DNA of 64,000 bases. Source: Octopus bimaculoides. Lineage: Eukaryota. The position numbers and the translations under genes were made by a program. The stretch is from contig NC_068991.1 of NCBI RefSeq assembly GCF_001194135.2, forward strand, positions 8,752,930 through 8,816,929, given 5' to 3'. The notes below the pieces were generated by a model that had not been told where the DNA came from, did no database searches, and saw only the letters and a list, made by a program, of their open reading frames with translations. How positions within the stretch are numbered: the stretch's first letter is position 1; each line of letters begins with the position of its first letter. This document shows positions 26,113-39,220 of this stretch, piece after piece.

Positions 26113-28604
26113 ACACATATACACAGACACACATATGCATACACATATATAGACACATACATATACAGGTATACATACATATAAATAATTAACTATATAC
26201 ATATCCTATATATTCCATCTGAAGTCCAATCCTGCAGTAAAGAAAAGGGTAAAGACATCCTTTGGTCATAAATGATCATAGAATTGCACCTAGAAAGTTG
26301 TCCTTTGAGGCACAAGTCTGGGCAAGGATGTTTGTGGAAGATCAGCAGTCGCCCGTGCATACCAGCCTCCTCTCTCCATGCCACAGATGTTCTCCAAGGG
26401 AATGGCAAAGGCTGATACAACTTGGCACCAGTGATGTCACAACTCGTTTCAACAGCGGAGTTAACTGGCGCAACATAAAATAAAGTGTCTTGCTCAAGAA
26501 CACAACACAGCCTGGTCCAGGAATCGAACTCACTACCTCATGATTGTGAGCCTGATGCTCTAACGACTGAGCCACATGTCTTCTACAGTGTCAAACACCT
26601 AAAAAGGTTAGAAATAGGTTATAATATGAAAAAAAAAATATGCTTCCTTCATGAACCCTCAATCATAACATTATACTAGGGAGTTAGTCTGTGAGCCTGA
26701 TGTCATTACCTTGACTATGGGGCAAGAAATCTCACTAAAACATATTCCTGTTTTAAGCCAATAATGGAGAGACAGAGAGGAAGGGAATGTGGTATTAGAA
26801 CTGACAAGAGACTTTCAAGCTAATGAGGACTCCCTTATGCAGTTGCTTGAATTGCTAGAAACAGCAACCAAATCTCTCTCAAATCATACCCTACTTTTTT
26901 TTATAAAGGTAAGGCACCATATTAGATATGTATCATTGTCTAGACGTCATGGGATGGTTTATAAATGAGTATCGTCATCATATAAGTGAGGTTGTTCATT
27001 TCCAGTCTTCCATGAAAAATATGCTCAGCAATGGGAAAATATTAACTTGCTTGAAATAAGCGAAGGTTGATGACAAAAGAAGCATAGTAGCATAGAAATT
27101 CTGCCTCAATAAATTCTGTCTGACCCATGCAAGCATGGAAAAGCGAATGTTAAATGATTATGATGATGAATTGAAGACACACCATACTTGGGTATAATAC
27201 TGGACACTCCCAGACTCAATCTGAGCCATTAAGTCATCTCTGTCCAGTCCCTCTGGAGACACAGAGTGGAACTTTTGGCAAGTATGAAGAACTGCTCTCC
27301 AACAACTATGATAGTAGATGATGACTGCAGCAATTTGCTAGCTCAAGTCATCTTAGATTCCTTGCTGTTGAACCAAGATATTTCAAGTCCACAAAGAAAT
27401 TAGTGTAAAACATCATTTCTATGCTAAACAAAACCACACACTCAAGGAATTGTGGGGCCACCAACACCCTGCTTGAAAAAAGGTACCCCCCCCCCACCAA
27501 AAAAACCAGGTCTCAAAGATGCTTGGTCAAAGCTGGAACATTTTTGATCACAGTTCTACTTAATCAGGGTTTCAAAGTTAATTGACTTTGGACTAAACAA
27601 AATAGGTAATACATAATGAACTCCTAAATATTAAGGTAACGATATTCTTTCAAACTGAGAATGAAACAGTCAAAATACTGATTAAATGACTCTTCAACCA
27701 ATCAAGGAAGATTAAAGCTGTCTGAGGAATTGAGTGTTATGCAATTAAGACACTGAGATGAACGAAAACATCTGTAATCTCAATCACTCCATTTAATATA
27801 TATTACATGCCAGGAGTACAATTCAGTGCTTTGAGTTGTATCATGTAAAAAAAGATATGTCCTCAACTCTGGTTTCATAATGTGAAGTGTGTGATAGATA
27901 AAGTTGGCTGAAATAATAGCTTACCACAAACCACATTCCCAGTGAACCTGGTATCTGTTTCCAACAAATCAATATGCTAGGGCACATAAAATACTCTTTC
28001 TCCACTCACCAGCAAAACACTTAGTCACTGCTCATAGCAGGAGCTAGTAAGATAAGTTTAAGTTTCAACATCAAGAAACCATAGGTCAAATGACTGACTA
28101 TGGTTTGCCAGGCTAATGCATCGTCAGATATGAAGTCAGAGTTTAGTCCTGCAGTTTTACTAAAACTTCAAACATTTTTCCAACCTTTCCTGTAAGCAGA
28201 AGAATATAACTGATAAGTGTTCCAAAGGCTTGTAATCTTGCATTAGTAAATAAAACAGAGGCATTTATTACCAGCTCAGAATAGACTGGTTCCCTCAAAG
28301 GAAATAGTCTTCTTCACTGGGTTTAGTGTGTCTAGCAGATTTAATCAAGGTGATACATGGCTACTCTTGTTGGAAGAGATAAACAGCAAAGATGGTAGAA
28401 AAGATGTGATGGAGAGTACCTTCAAGTATGTGTCAGGGCCATACTGTCTTAAAAAAAAAAAAAAGAAGATACATTGTATAACATAGTCCTAGATACACTA
28501 TGTCTGAAAGGACAAAAGGATTTTCATAGTTGGAAATTTTTTGATCGTAGGCTGTTTTGACCAGGATTTGAGTTTAAACAAGAGACAGAGAAAGCACATC
28601 TTAA

Positions 28605-28797
28605 CCCTTTGTTACCATATATCTGTTGAGATGCTGTGTTTCTTTCAAATAATTTTAAATATAACAAAGAATCTAGTAAAATAACTTAGTATCATTAAGC
28701 TAGTGTTAGGGACATAAATTGCAGATTTTAATTCAGAACTTTTGAAAACAAGACATTCGTACTAGAGGCAGTTTCAGGCAGGTTGGTATCAAAAGGG
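28605..28797. mobile_element. piggyBac-type MITE (family 1)
   Basis: TTAA|CCCTTTGTTACC...GGTATCAAAAGGG|TTAA. Same family as 37384-37604, in opposite orientation. Confidence 0.75.
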
Positions 28798-29185
28798 TTA
28801 AATGGACAATGGACTGTACTTATGTTTCATATAGATAACTCTACAGAGGATGTTTAAGTTGATGGCCTTTTTCCTCTCTTCATACACACACTTCCCTCTT
28901 TAATAAACTCACCTCTTCATCTCTCATATGAATATAAATCATTAAATTTAAATGTTAATGTGAAACTAAAAGTTTTTGTGTGTTCTTAAATGGCTTACAA
29001 ACATCTACCACACTGCAATTGTTTTCATTAATATATTGTCATTGTCCAATTTTTGTTGCCATTGAGTATAGCCCTTCCTCTTATTTGCTATATGGTCTTT
29101 GCTGATAGGAAGATTAAAATTACCACACACACTAACTGTATACATACATACATACACACACACACACATATATATACACACACAT

Positions 29186-29619
29186 TCTTTTACTTTTATT
29201 TGTTTTAGTTATTTGATCGTGGCCGTGTGCAGGAGTGTTGAAGTGTTTTTGTTGAACAATTTGACCCCAGGACTTATTTTTAAGTCCAAAGTACTTATTC
29301 GATCGATCTCTTTGCCAAACTGCTAAGTTACAGGGACGTAAACACACCAACAACGGTTGTTAAGTGATAATGGGGGAACAAAGACAAGACACATCTGTAC
29401 ATATATGTGTGTATATATATTGATATATATACATACACACACGACAGGCTTCTTTCAGTTTCCACCAACCAAATCCACTCACAAGGCTCTGGTTGGCCTG
29501 AGGCTATAATGCCCGAGGCTATAGTAGAAGACATTTGCCCAAGGCACTACACAGTGGGACTGAACCCAGAACCATGTGGTTGAGAAGCAAGCCTCTTACC
29601 ACACAGCCACAGCTGCACC
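29186..29619 (-). mobile_element. SINE family A, full length, older copy
   Basis: Same architecture on the minus strand, with an internal duplication of gaggctata. Confidence 0.8.
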
Positions 29620-29623
29620 TACA

Positions 29624-29674
<51 letters not shown>

Positions 29675-29741
29675 ATGGTGAACCTCAAAGTTGATAAAGC
29701 TTTAAATAGGAAAAGTGGAAGGTATGTACAAGTGTTGAAAA

Positions 29742-29784
<43 letters not shown>

Positions 29785-29973
29785 CACACACACACACACA
29801 CACAGAGAATGCATCCCAGTTTTATAATTGGTGAGTGGCAAAAGGTGACTATAAGGGTGGCCTCTGGAAGGGAATCCAACTATAAAAGCTTTGTCTCAAA
29901 AAGTCTTATTCAACTCATGCCAGCATGGAAAAGCGGAAAAAAAAAAGGAAAGAACATTGAAGATGACAGTAAT

Positions 29974-30015
<42 letters not shown>

Positions 30016-33000
30016 GGAGAGATCTGCGGAAGTAACAATCCAGTTTGCCAAACTTCTGAGTAGAATGTCTTCAATAAATTGGACCCTATATTCGAGTAGT
30101 GGATGTGGAAGATTTTCCTTATCTCTCAGCTGTTGCTCAGATTACCCAAGTTATTCAAACGCACCTCTTCACAGTTAAAGAGAACTGGCATTGGAAAGAT
30201 TCTGGCCTTCTTTGTATATCAATGCTGCGAAACACCTGACTAAGAGTCATGCTGTGGTTCATACTGTGTCTCATGCTGCTGTGGTTAATGCATAGTTGTT
30301 GCTGTCTTCCTATCAACAACAACTGTAATAGCTGTTGTTGATAGGAAGACAGGAAGTGATGACAGAAATAGAAAGCTAATCATTTAAATAGTGTTTGATG
30401 AACAGAGGCTGTGGGGTTATTTTCGAATGAATGCAGAGGGTTATTTTCATCACACGATCGTTACAGGGCGAGGAAGAAGATGGGGGAATATTGACAGTAG
30501 GTTGATAGGAAGAGAAACAGAGTGAGGTTAATAGTGAAACAGAGAAACCGATAAAAAAGGCGACGAGGAGCAGGAGAGAGAGGAAAGACAATAAAGAGAG
30601 AATAAATATGAGTGTCTTCCTTGAAAAAGTAATATGTGATAGAATGATAAGGTGAGTGTGACTCACTGTTGTAGAGTAAGAAGATGTGTGTGGAAAATGC
30701 AACTTGTAGGAAGAGTAAGTAGGTAGAAAGTATTGTCGCAGAGTCAAGAGAAAAACGGAGAAGAGAGAAGAAGGAAAATATGTGAAGCTATTGAAAGAGG
30801 ATGAATGAAAACGTGAGGATGGTTCGTGAGTGAAACACAATATGATGTAAGATAAAAGTGCATGTGCCTGCAATGACAACAATCTATACGCAGTTGATTT
30901 TTGAGAAACAGAAACGGCAGTGTCGGACTAACATATTTATCTCTTCTACGTTTCGAGTTCAAATCCTGTCGTGGCTGACTTCGCTATACAAACAACTCTC
31001 TCAACGAGATCGAAAGGCAAGATGATGTGTGTTCAGTTCAATCAAGCAGATCTCGTCTCCGCAAATGTGTGGCAGTGTGCCAATGTAAGAAATCATTATA
31101 CAACATGGTGGAAAATCTTAATTGATATTGCGATAATAATGACGACGGCGTCAATACAAGGATGCATCTAAATTATCATGAAATAAGTAAAACCTAAGGA
31201 GGAAGAGAGGAAACGTGATAATGATGCACGCCAATAGAGATGTCCGAATATTTTTGTTCTGTAATAAGAACGATGATGATGGCGAAGAGGAAGAAGAATA
31301 CAAGATGGACAGGGGTGTGAATTGGAGAAATTAAATAACCTATGATTCTGGCAAGGACATAGAGAGTGTGGAGAGAGGGCAAGCAAAAGAAATCAATATT
31401 TTGGTCCGGCTTTTTCTCAGACAGCGTCGTCATGTGAGCTGAGACGATGCGGAAGCACACCATATAATATATGTGTGTTTACGTATGTGTGCGCGCCTGA
31501 GAGAATCCACACTTTTTGTCTGATACCCAACTTGTGTTCATGCATTTCGATATGCATATCTACGCATTTGGATATTTGGCATATGTCAAAGAGTGTTTTA
31601 AATGTTCGTTGGCTTGTGAGGGTACATATATATACGTAAAATGTCAGTGATGCATATGTACGTACGAAGAGCTGTGTATACATGTTCATAGAGATCATAT
31701 GTATTTTCCATACATAAAACGAAGCTTGGTTTTTATGTATGTGCAACTCTATACATGTCACCCTGCAACTCTATACATGTCACAGATGTCTCTAACTCTA
31801 CACATGAGAACTCGACACTTACGCACCACGTTAGCACATGCACATCAACCTTAAACCAAGCTGTGCAACACAAGTATACGCCACTGAGGAGAGTCTACAC
31901 AGTCGCTCGAACTGCAAGAAATAGCAGTAAACTCTTCGTTAACCCACTTCCTGTCATTTTAAAATAAAGGAAAGACTTGTCAGATGAGATAGTCCTGCAA
32001 GACTTTAAACAGGCGGATGGTCACGGCGTGAATATCTTTAGGCATAAAACCTGCTTGTTCAGAGTTGACTTGTAGTTAAATAGCAATTCAGCATGGCATT
32101 GCAAGTTTTACATTAAACAATTCAGCCTTGCATATTGCAATTTTACAAACCATTATTATAACTCTGCACTAACAAAGAAGTTTCTATGTAGTCGTTTGAC
32201 ATGCTAGAAGTAGCAGCCAAATCTTCAGATCGCACCCAATCGTCTTAGAAAACAAAAATGACACACTAGATAATAGTGTAATGTCGTGTTGGCTACATAT
32301 AGAAAAAAAAAAAAAGACGAGATGGTCACAATTGGAATGTTTCTGATCATAAGTCTATTCGATCAGAGAGCTGACCTGAAGCTCAACAGCTATGCGCTAC
32401 ACAGCGTACGCCAGACAAGCCCAACAATTCTATAAATACTACTGTGCATTCATAAACCTTTGCAGTAATCACCACTATATTATGTACGTCAGCCCTACTA
32501 CTACTCGCACTACACTTGGTATCTCAGCTGACCCCTAATCAGCCGTAAAATGCCGACTTGTAATAGGCTGAGCGTGTGACATTTAGCGTCAGTGAAAGTG
32601 GGGTGGCAATGGGAATAAGAGAAGACTTGACGGGTGAGAAAGAAAGGAAACAGAAATAGTGACCGTTCGAGTGGCTGGAGAATTTGGTTGATATAACAAA
32701 TATGGGTGTACACTGCAGTGAGTGTATGTTTGAGGGGTAATGGAGAGAGAGAGAGAGAGGATCTTTAGGTGTGATTGTATGCGCATATGATTAGAACTAA
32801 TGTGAAAGTTATACGAATGTACGAGGTGTCGTATTGTCCCTTTCCGTGTTTTGTTTCAGGAAATACGATTTTCGTGATTGTGTTGTAGGATTTTATTTAT
32901 AAATACAGCTATGAAACACAAAAAGTGTCTACATGCAAGTAGGATGTCGCATCGTACATCCTTGATTAGGTTTCGCGAAATGCATTATTTTAAAAGATAG

Positions 33001-33355
33001 GGTGACAAAAAAAGGGTGGTTGTGTTTTTTGTATGGCCACGGATGTGGAAGTATGTGTAAGATGCGTGGTACACAACGTGCTGTTGTATTATATAAGCGT
33101 GGTCGGATACACAATGCCACATTCGTTTCTGTATTTCTCATTACATACAGCGATATCACCATTCATTCACGATTGCACGTATTGCTACACTCCAAACGAA
33201 TACTTCCTATAGGTGCATATAAACATTCTACACACTAACCACAAATACCTACACACGCGAATACACTTTTTGTATAGCATGTACACACATTTTCTTTTCA
33301 CATATATGTATGTGTTATCCAAATAGCGAATGTGTGTCTGTTGTACAGTGCTATA

Positions 33356-33405
<50 letters not shown>

Positions 33406-34292
33406 NNNNNNNNNNNNNNNNNNNNNNNNNNNNNNNNNNNNNNNNNNNNNNNNNNNNNNNNNNNNNNNNNNNNNNNNNNNNNNNNNNNNNNNNNNNNNNN
33501 NNNNNNNNNNNNNNNNNNNNNNNNNNNNNNNNNNNNNNNNNNNNNNNNNNNNNNNNNNNNNNNNNNNNNNNNNNNNNNNNNNNNNNNNNNNNNNNNNNNN
33601 NNNNNNNNNNNNNNNNNNNNNNNNNNNNNNNNNNNNNNNNNNNNNNNNNNNNNNNNNNNNNNNNNNNNNNNNNNNNNNNNNNNNNNNNNNNNNNNNNNNN
33701 NNNNNNNNNNNNNNNNNNNNNNNNNNNNNNNNNNNNNNNNNNNNNNNNNNNNNNNNNNNNNNNNNNNNNNNNNNNNNNNNNNNNNNNNNNNNNNNNNNNN
33801 NNNNNNNNNNNNNNNNNNNNNNNNNNNNNNNNNNNNNNNNNNNNNNNNNNNNNNNNNNNNNNNNNNNNNNNNNNNNNNNNNNNNNNNNNNNNNNNNNNNN
33901 NNNNNNNNNNNNNNNNNNNNNNNNNNNNNNNNNNNNNNNNNNNNNNNNNNNNNNNNNNNNNNNNNNNNNNNNNNNNNNNNNNNNNNNNNNNNNNNNNNNN
34001 NNNNNNATATATATATATATATATAGATAGATAGAGAGCGAGAGAGAGAGAGGCGTGTATTATTGCCCTATATATATGCATATATATATAGGCGTGTGTT
34101 AATGCCATATTTCACTGATTGCGCGTGACATAAACCCTTAATATAGATACACATATCTCGGAAAGTAAAGGAAAAAAAAAGTGCTTAGAGAAACATAAAT
34201 TTTTGCGAGATAAGGAAAGGGGTGTGCGAGACAGCGAGTGTATATGTCAATAGTGTTAAATAGAAAGTAAACCAAGATATATAGGTACTTAC

Positions 34293-34439
34293 CCTGAACT
34301 CCTGTTCGAATCCAGTCATAGACGTCCTCTCGTCCTTAATTTCCAACTCGTTGACATGCTGAAGAAATTTCAGCAGAATTTTTTCTAAATTTGCCGTTGA
34401 CATTTGCGACATTTTTTTTTTTTCAGCTTCTTGTCGTTG
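34293..34439 (-). CDS. Exon encoding the N-terminus of a PTPN12/18/22 (PTP-PEST)-like non-receptor tyrosine phosphatase
   Basis: Acceptor cactttcag| at 34440, donor AGG|gtaagt at 34292. ATG at 34412 gives MSQMSTANLEKILLKFLQHVNELEIKDERTSMTGFEQEFR, similar to recalled PTPN12 EILRKFIQRV...NFARDFM and PTPN22 EILQKFL...EFANEFL. It ends in phase 0 at the same point as recalled vertebrate exon 1. No catalytic-domain exon was seen in the window. Confidence 0.68.
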
Positions 34440-34774
34440 CTGAAAGTGTGTGTGTGTGTATATATATGTGTTTTAATGTCTTATGTGTATGTTATTGTGG
34501 TATATGTATTAACGTGTCGCGGTGCTTGTTGTGTGTATGTATGTCAGTATGGTGTGTTAGATTTAAATGCTAGTATGTCATGGTCTTGTTGTTTCTGATG
34601 TATCGTGGAATAGCTTATTAGTAGAGTATGTGTGTTTGTGTTGGGTTTTATTTAGTGACAGTGTGTGTGTGTGTGTGTGTGGGCAATGGTGTGTCAAAGA
34701 CAACGACAGTCCTTGCTTTTCAGTGACTGTCCCTCTGTTGTCTGCCTTGTCCACTAGACCAGACAACCACTTAC

Positions 34775-34779
34775 AGGGA
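34775..34779 (-). CDS. Candidate 5-nt microexon (TCCCT)
   Basis: Minus strand reads ctccattccctcaccttacctttcag|TCCCT|gtaagtgg: a long pyrimidine tract and consensus donor, 335 bp upstream of the PTP exon. Confidence 0.3.
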
Positions 34780-35372
34780 CTGAAAGGTAAGGTGAGGGAA
34801 TGGAGAACAATATATATATATATATATGTGTGTGTGTGAGAGTGAGAGAGAAGTATATTTGTAGATATATGAAGAAATGAATAACAGCAAAAACCCAGAG
34901 TTAAAAGTAAAGAGAAAAGCATATATACAGGGCTATATATACAGATTTATAAAACTCATTTGTAAATGTGTGTAAGTATATATATATATATATATAAATA
35001 TATATATATACACAATATGCTTAATTATGTTTATCTAGCTAAAGATATATATGCCTGTGTAAAGGGAGGCTCCTTGACTCGTGTTAAAATCTTCCTGTTG
35101 CTGTTGTTGTTGTTGTTGTTATCAGTAGTAGTACAAGTAATAACTATGATAATTGTGGTTTGACTGGTGACAGGATTGTCGCAGGTAGATCGGGAAGGTG
35201 TAATGGAGAAATCCGGTTAGTTATTGTGTTGCTTTTAGTTTGGTTTTGCAAAGTAGCTTGCATCCTGGTTCGGATCGTCGTGGGTAACCTCCTTCGCCGG
35301 TAGACAGTCCTCTTTCTTCGTTAGTGCAATTGTACATTAATATAAGCAAGGATACATTCACAAAGAGAAGGT

Positions 35373-35404
<32 letters not shown>

Positions 35405-37021
35405 GGAAGTCTGTAAAGTATTTCCTTGTCTTGGCAGGTCAGGTCAGCTGCTGGTTAAAGAAAGCACTGACTAGTTGCAATGCTTTCTTGAGAAGATGAT
35501 TGCAGTGTTGTGGCCATCATTGTTGTATATCTTGAGGATGTTGTACAGTCGATGAGTGACTCTGGTTGTACCGACTGTACACTGTTAATTACCATCATTA
35601 CTACTACTACTATACGTAATTCTGCTGCTGCTGTTCTTTTTGACGCAGCAATCAGAATGTGCGTGTATGGTTCAAACTGCAGTGATAGATAGATAGATAG
35701 ACAGGCAGATAGAGAGATAGCAGAGAGTGTTAAATGCGAAGACTACGCGTGAGAAAGAGGGAATGAAGAACAGGAGTGGATAAGAATCATAGGAGAAAAG
35801 GGAACAGGAGAATGGAGAGAGAGAGAGAGAGAGAACGTTTAGAGGAAAGATTATAAGCGACGGACAAGTAATATAAATTGGGCAAAAGTGGAAACAAAAA
35901 AGGAAGGAGTGTGAGGGAGGTGAGATAAATAGGTCGATACCTAAACTGTAAGCATAAGAAATAGATACAAAGTGAGCGGGGAATTAATTGTAAATTAAGA
36001 GTGATCGATAGACAAAGAAGTGGTGGAGCGAGGGAACGTACAAGAGGAGGGGGTGAAAGTTCGGGAGTTAACAGAACACACAACTCGTGTGTCTAAATAG
36101 ACTGTTTTGCTTTCATCGCTTCCTCATTCTCAACCTCCACTTTCGACATTCTCTTTCTCCCCTATATTATCTGTTTATGTCTGACAACGCTTATGCCTCC
36201 CCCATCTCTCTTCCCCGACATATAAATTGCTGAAATCTTTAAGCTATCTATTTACATAATTTTACTCTATTTTATACCTATGCCACTTCTTCCTCTACAT
36301 CTGTCTAATTATCAACCTCATACTTTCTCTCATTCCTCCTCATTTCCCCCTCCTACCTTCTCGCTTCTTTTTCTTGTCTCCCACCATCTATCTCTTCCAT
36401 TCTTTTTTCGTATATATCTCTCATCTTACATATATCTCTTTCAGACATGAATTAAGTTGCTAAGCAATTTCAGTATTACTCGTGTAACGTATCTATGGAG
36501 AGCTAAATGCTTGCTTTGCAAATAAATATTTGCCTATTTCAACCATGAGGGACCTCTACGTAGTCGCTCAACCTGCTAAAAATAACTGCCAAATCTTTAA
36601 ATTACCCCTATCGTTTCGAAAAGAGAGTGACACGTTGCATAAGGTAGCCCTAAACGTACAATAAGTGCCATTGATCCTGTTCCAGTTTGGGCAGACCTAG
36701 TTAGGGGTTAAATCATAATAACATTTTATCTACCAAATGCGAAAACAAAGAAGCAGGAAATTCAAGCTTTACTCTGTCTATCATGGAATTTTTCTTGAAA
36801 ATTTTATTTCCTGCCCTTCAGCTTACATTAAAAGAAATACTATCATTATTTTTCTTCGGTAATTTCATGCAACTTTCTACTGCACTATCTGGTGCACCTC
36901 TGTGTTCCTGAGGTGTGTGTGCAGCATTGTGTTCTTATTTTTGTGGGGATTGGGGAGTGTTCGACTTCTGTTGGTGTACCGCATCAGTTTATTTTGTTGT
37001 TGATGTTATTATAATCAAGAC

Positions 37022-37240
37022 GGCGAGTTGGTAGAATCGTTACCGCACCGGACAAAAAGCTTAGTGACATTTAGTCCGTCTTTACGTTCTGAGTTCAAAT
37101 TCCGCCGGGGTCGACTTTGCCTTTCATCCTTTTAGAGTCGATAAAATAAGTACCAGTTCAGCACTGGGGTCGATGCAATCGACTTGCCCCCTTCCCTGAA
37201 CTTGCTGGCCTGGTGCCCATCACAGAAAGGATTATTATTA
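37022..37240 (+). mobile_element. tRNA-derived SINE family C with an (ATT)n tail
   Basis: ggcgagttggtagaatcgtt...gagttcaaattccgcc..gtcgactttgcctttcatcct...ataagtaccag...attattatt. Confidence 0.8.
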
Positions 37241-37383
37241 TTTTTGTGGCATCCTTGAGCAAGACACTTTATTTTGCATTGCTCCAATCTACTCAACTGG
37301 CAAAAATGAGTTGTACCAATATTTCAAAGGGCCAGGCTTGTCACATTCTGTGTCATGCTGAATCTCCCTGAGAACTACCTTAA

Positions 37384-37604
37384 CCCTTTCGATACCAACC
37401 CGGCTGAAACCAGCTCTGGCTCTGTAGTACAAATGTCTTATTTTCATAAGTTTTGAATTAAAATCCTCCACCAAACCTTAGTCACAATTTATGTTCCTAA
37501 CACCAGCTTAGTAATAACTAAGTTATTTTACTTAATTCTTTGTTATATTTAAAATAATTGAAAGAAACACAGAGCATCTCAGAAGAAATATGGTAATGAA
37601 GAGG
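37384..37604. mobile_element. piggyBac-type MITE (family 1) inserted into a SINE
   Basis: TTAA|CCCTTTCGATACC...GGTAATGAAGAGG|TTAA. The flanks rejoin as one SINE (gagaactacc-TTAA-gggtacac). Confidence 0.75.
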
Positions 37605-38483
37605 TTAAGGGTACACGTGTCTGTGGAATGCTCAGCCACTTGCACTTTAATTTCACGAGCAGGCTGTTGTTCTGTTGATCGAATCAACTGGAATCCTTGT
37701 CATCGTAACCAATGTAGTACCAGTCCTGTTCAGTGGTTGATGGCATCAACGACAGCTTCTCCTCCAAATTGCTGGCATTGTGTTTAAATCAGAAACTATA
37801 ACTGAGGCATTCAACAGAGAATTAGTGGTGGATTAAAAGTAATAATGCTGTCAGGGAAACTCAGAGCATCAATGAAAATCAGCTGGTTAGTCCGTTCTGG
37901 AGAAGCTTTGGACCAGGTTCCTTGGATAATTTCCAGCAATCCTAGGCCTGGTAGAAGCTATTTGGAGGGAGGGGGCATTATTGGTTTGAGATAAACGCTA
38001 CAGACATGGAGGTGTCATCAGTAGAGCTCATCTGAGGTGTGCACAGAGTGATAACACTGTTCTACAAGAATTCATCTGGTGCCCTAGCCTTGCTGAAATC
38101 TGGAGTTGTGTCAAACACCTGTTGTCATATGTAGAATGGATCCAGCTGTCAGCTGAGTTCATAGTGAAGATTATTCTGCCGCCTTCCTTTGGTTGGTAAG
38201 AGCAGCTGGTCTTTATCTGTCAGGTGGCTTTGGTGAAAGAGGTTGTGTAATGTGTGAGATTAAAAGAGCTCAAAATAAACATCTTCCTCCTTGCCCAAGG
38301 AGGAAAATGTGTGTGTGTGTGTGTGTTTGTTATTGTCTCCTTACTTTAACTTTGTGTGACAGTTGTAAACGAGTGCCTCTGTCATACAAGTGGTGTCTTC
38401 AGTTTCCAACTGTTCAGGAAAACATGGCTTGTCATGGGAGAGAATTACCTTACCATGCCAGCATGAAAAATGTATACTAAAGA

Positions 38484-38533
<50 letters not shown>

Positions 38534-39002
38534 AGGAAACAAGTGAAAGTTGGTGACAGGAAGAGCATCTTGCTGTAGGAAATTCACCTCAACAAATTCT
38601 GTACAACCCATGTGAGCCTGGGAAAATGGATATTAAAACAATGCTACAACTAATATTATTATTACTGATGATGATGATGATGATGATGATTTTAAACAGG
38701 AACGGTGCATTTAAAATTTGTAAAACTAAAAATTGTCGAGGATAAACTAAATTTATCATTTTCACTGAATATGTTAGTGTTATTTAATTTCTGACTGGTT
38801 TTGCTGTTGTTTGTTTATGTAGTTTGATTTCTTTATCCATCAGTTTCTACTAAGATAGAGACGCGAGTAAAATTAATAATAGAGAAACGAAAATAAAACT
38901 TTGGCAGCAGCAACGCCACCATAACTTATGCGGAAACCATGAGCATGCTTTCAAGGGAGATAATCAGGGAAAGACTTGAAAGTGAAGGTGAGATTGTAAT
39001 AC

Positions 39003-39220
39003 TTCATGTAAAGTAAATATAACAAATAATCCAGAATCCTTGTTCAGTACCAGATTGATCCCAAAATCTAATCAGTTCATGCCAGTCATGAGGCCAAACA
39101 TCCCAGAAAGTTTCAACCGAATCCATCCTGTGGTTCTTGAGGTATCTTGTCCATGGACAAACAAACGAACAAACACAACTGAAAACAATACCTCCGACTT
39201 CGCTAAGGCAGAGGTAATAA
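39003..39220 (+). mobile_element. Helitron/Helentron-associated non-autonomous element (HINE-like)
   Basis: Internal (CAAA)n-like tract followed by gaaaacaat and the 3' hairpin acctccg-acttcgctaa-ggcagaggt-aat, as recalled for HINE/DINE-1-like ends. Confidence 0.55.

Larger units (their letters stand above)
30400..37200. promoter_or_regulatory. CpG-retaining domain around the PTP exon; probable hypomethylated promoter region
   Basis: By eye, CG dinucleotides are common here and scarce in the flanking 12-30 kb and 38-64 kb non-repeat DNA. Not quantified. Confidence 0.35.

Noticed and set aside
37800-38260. Degraded LINE endonuclease-like reading on the minus strand
   Set aside because: Too many stops and only vague motif similarity to call by eye.
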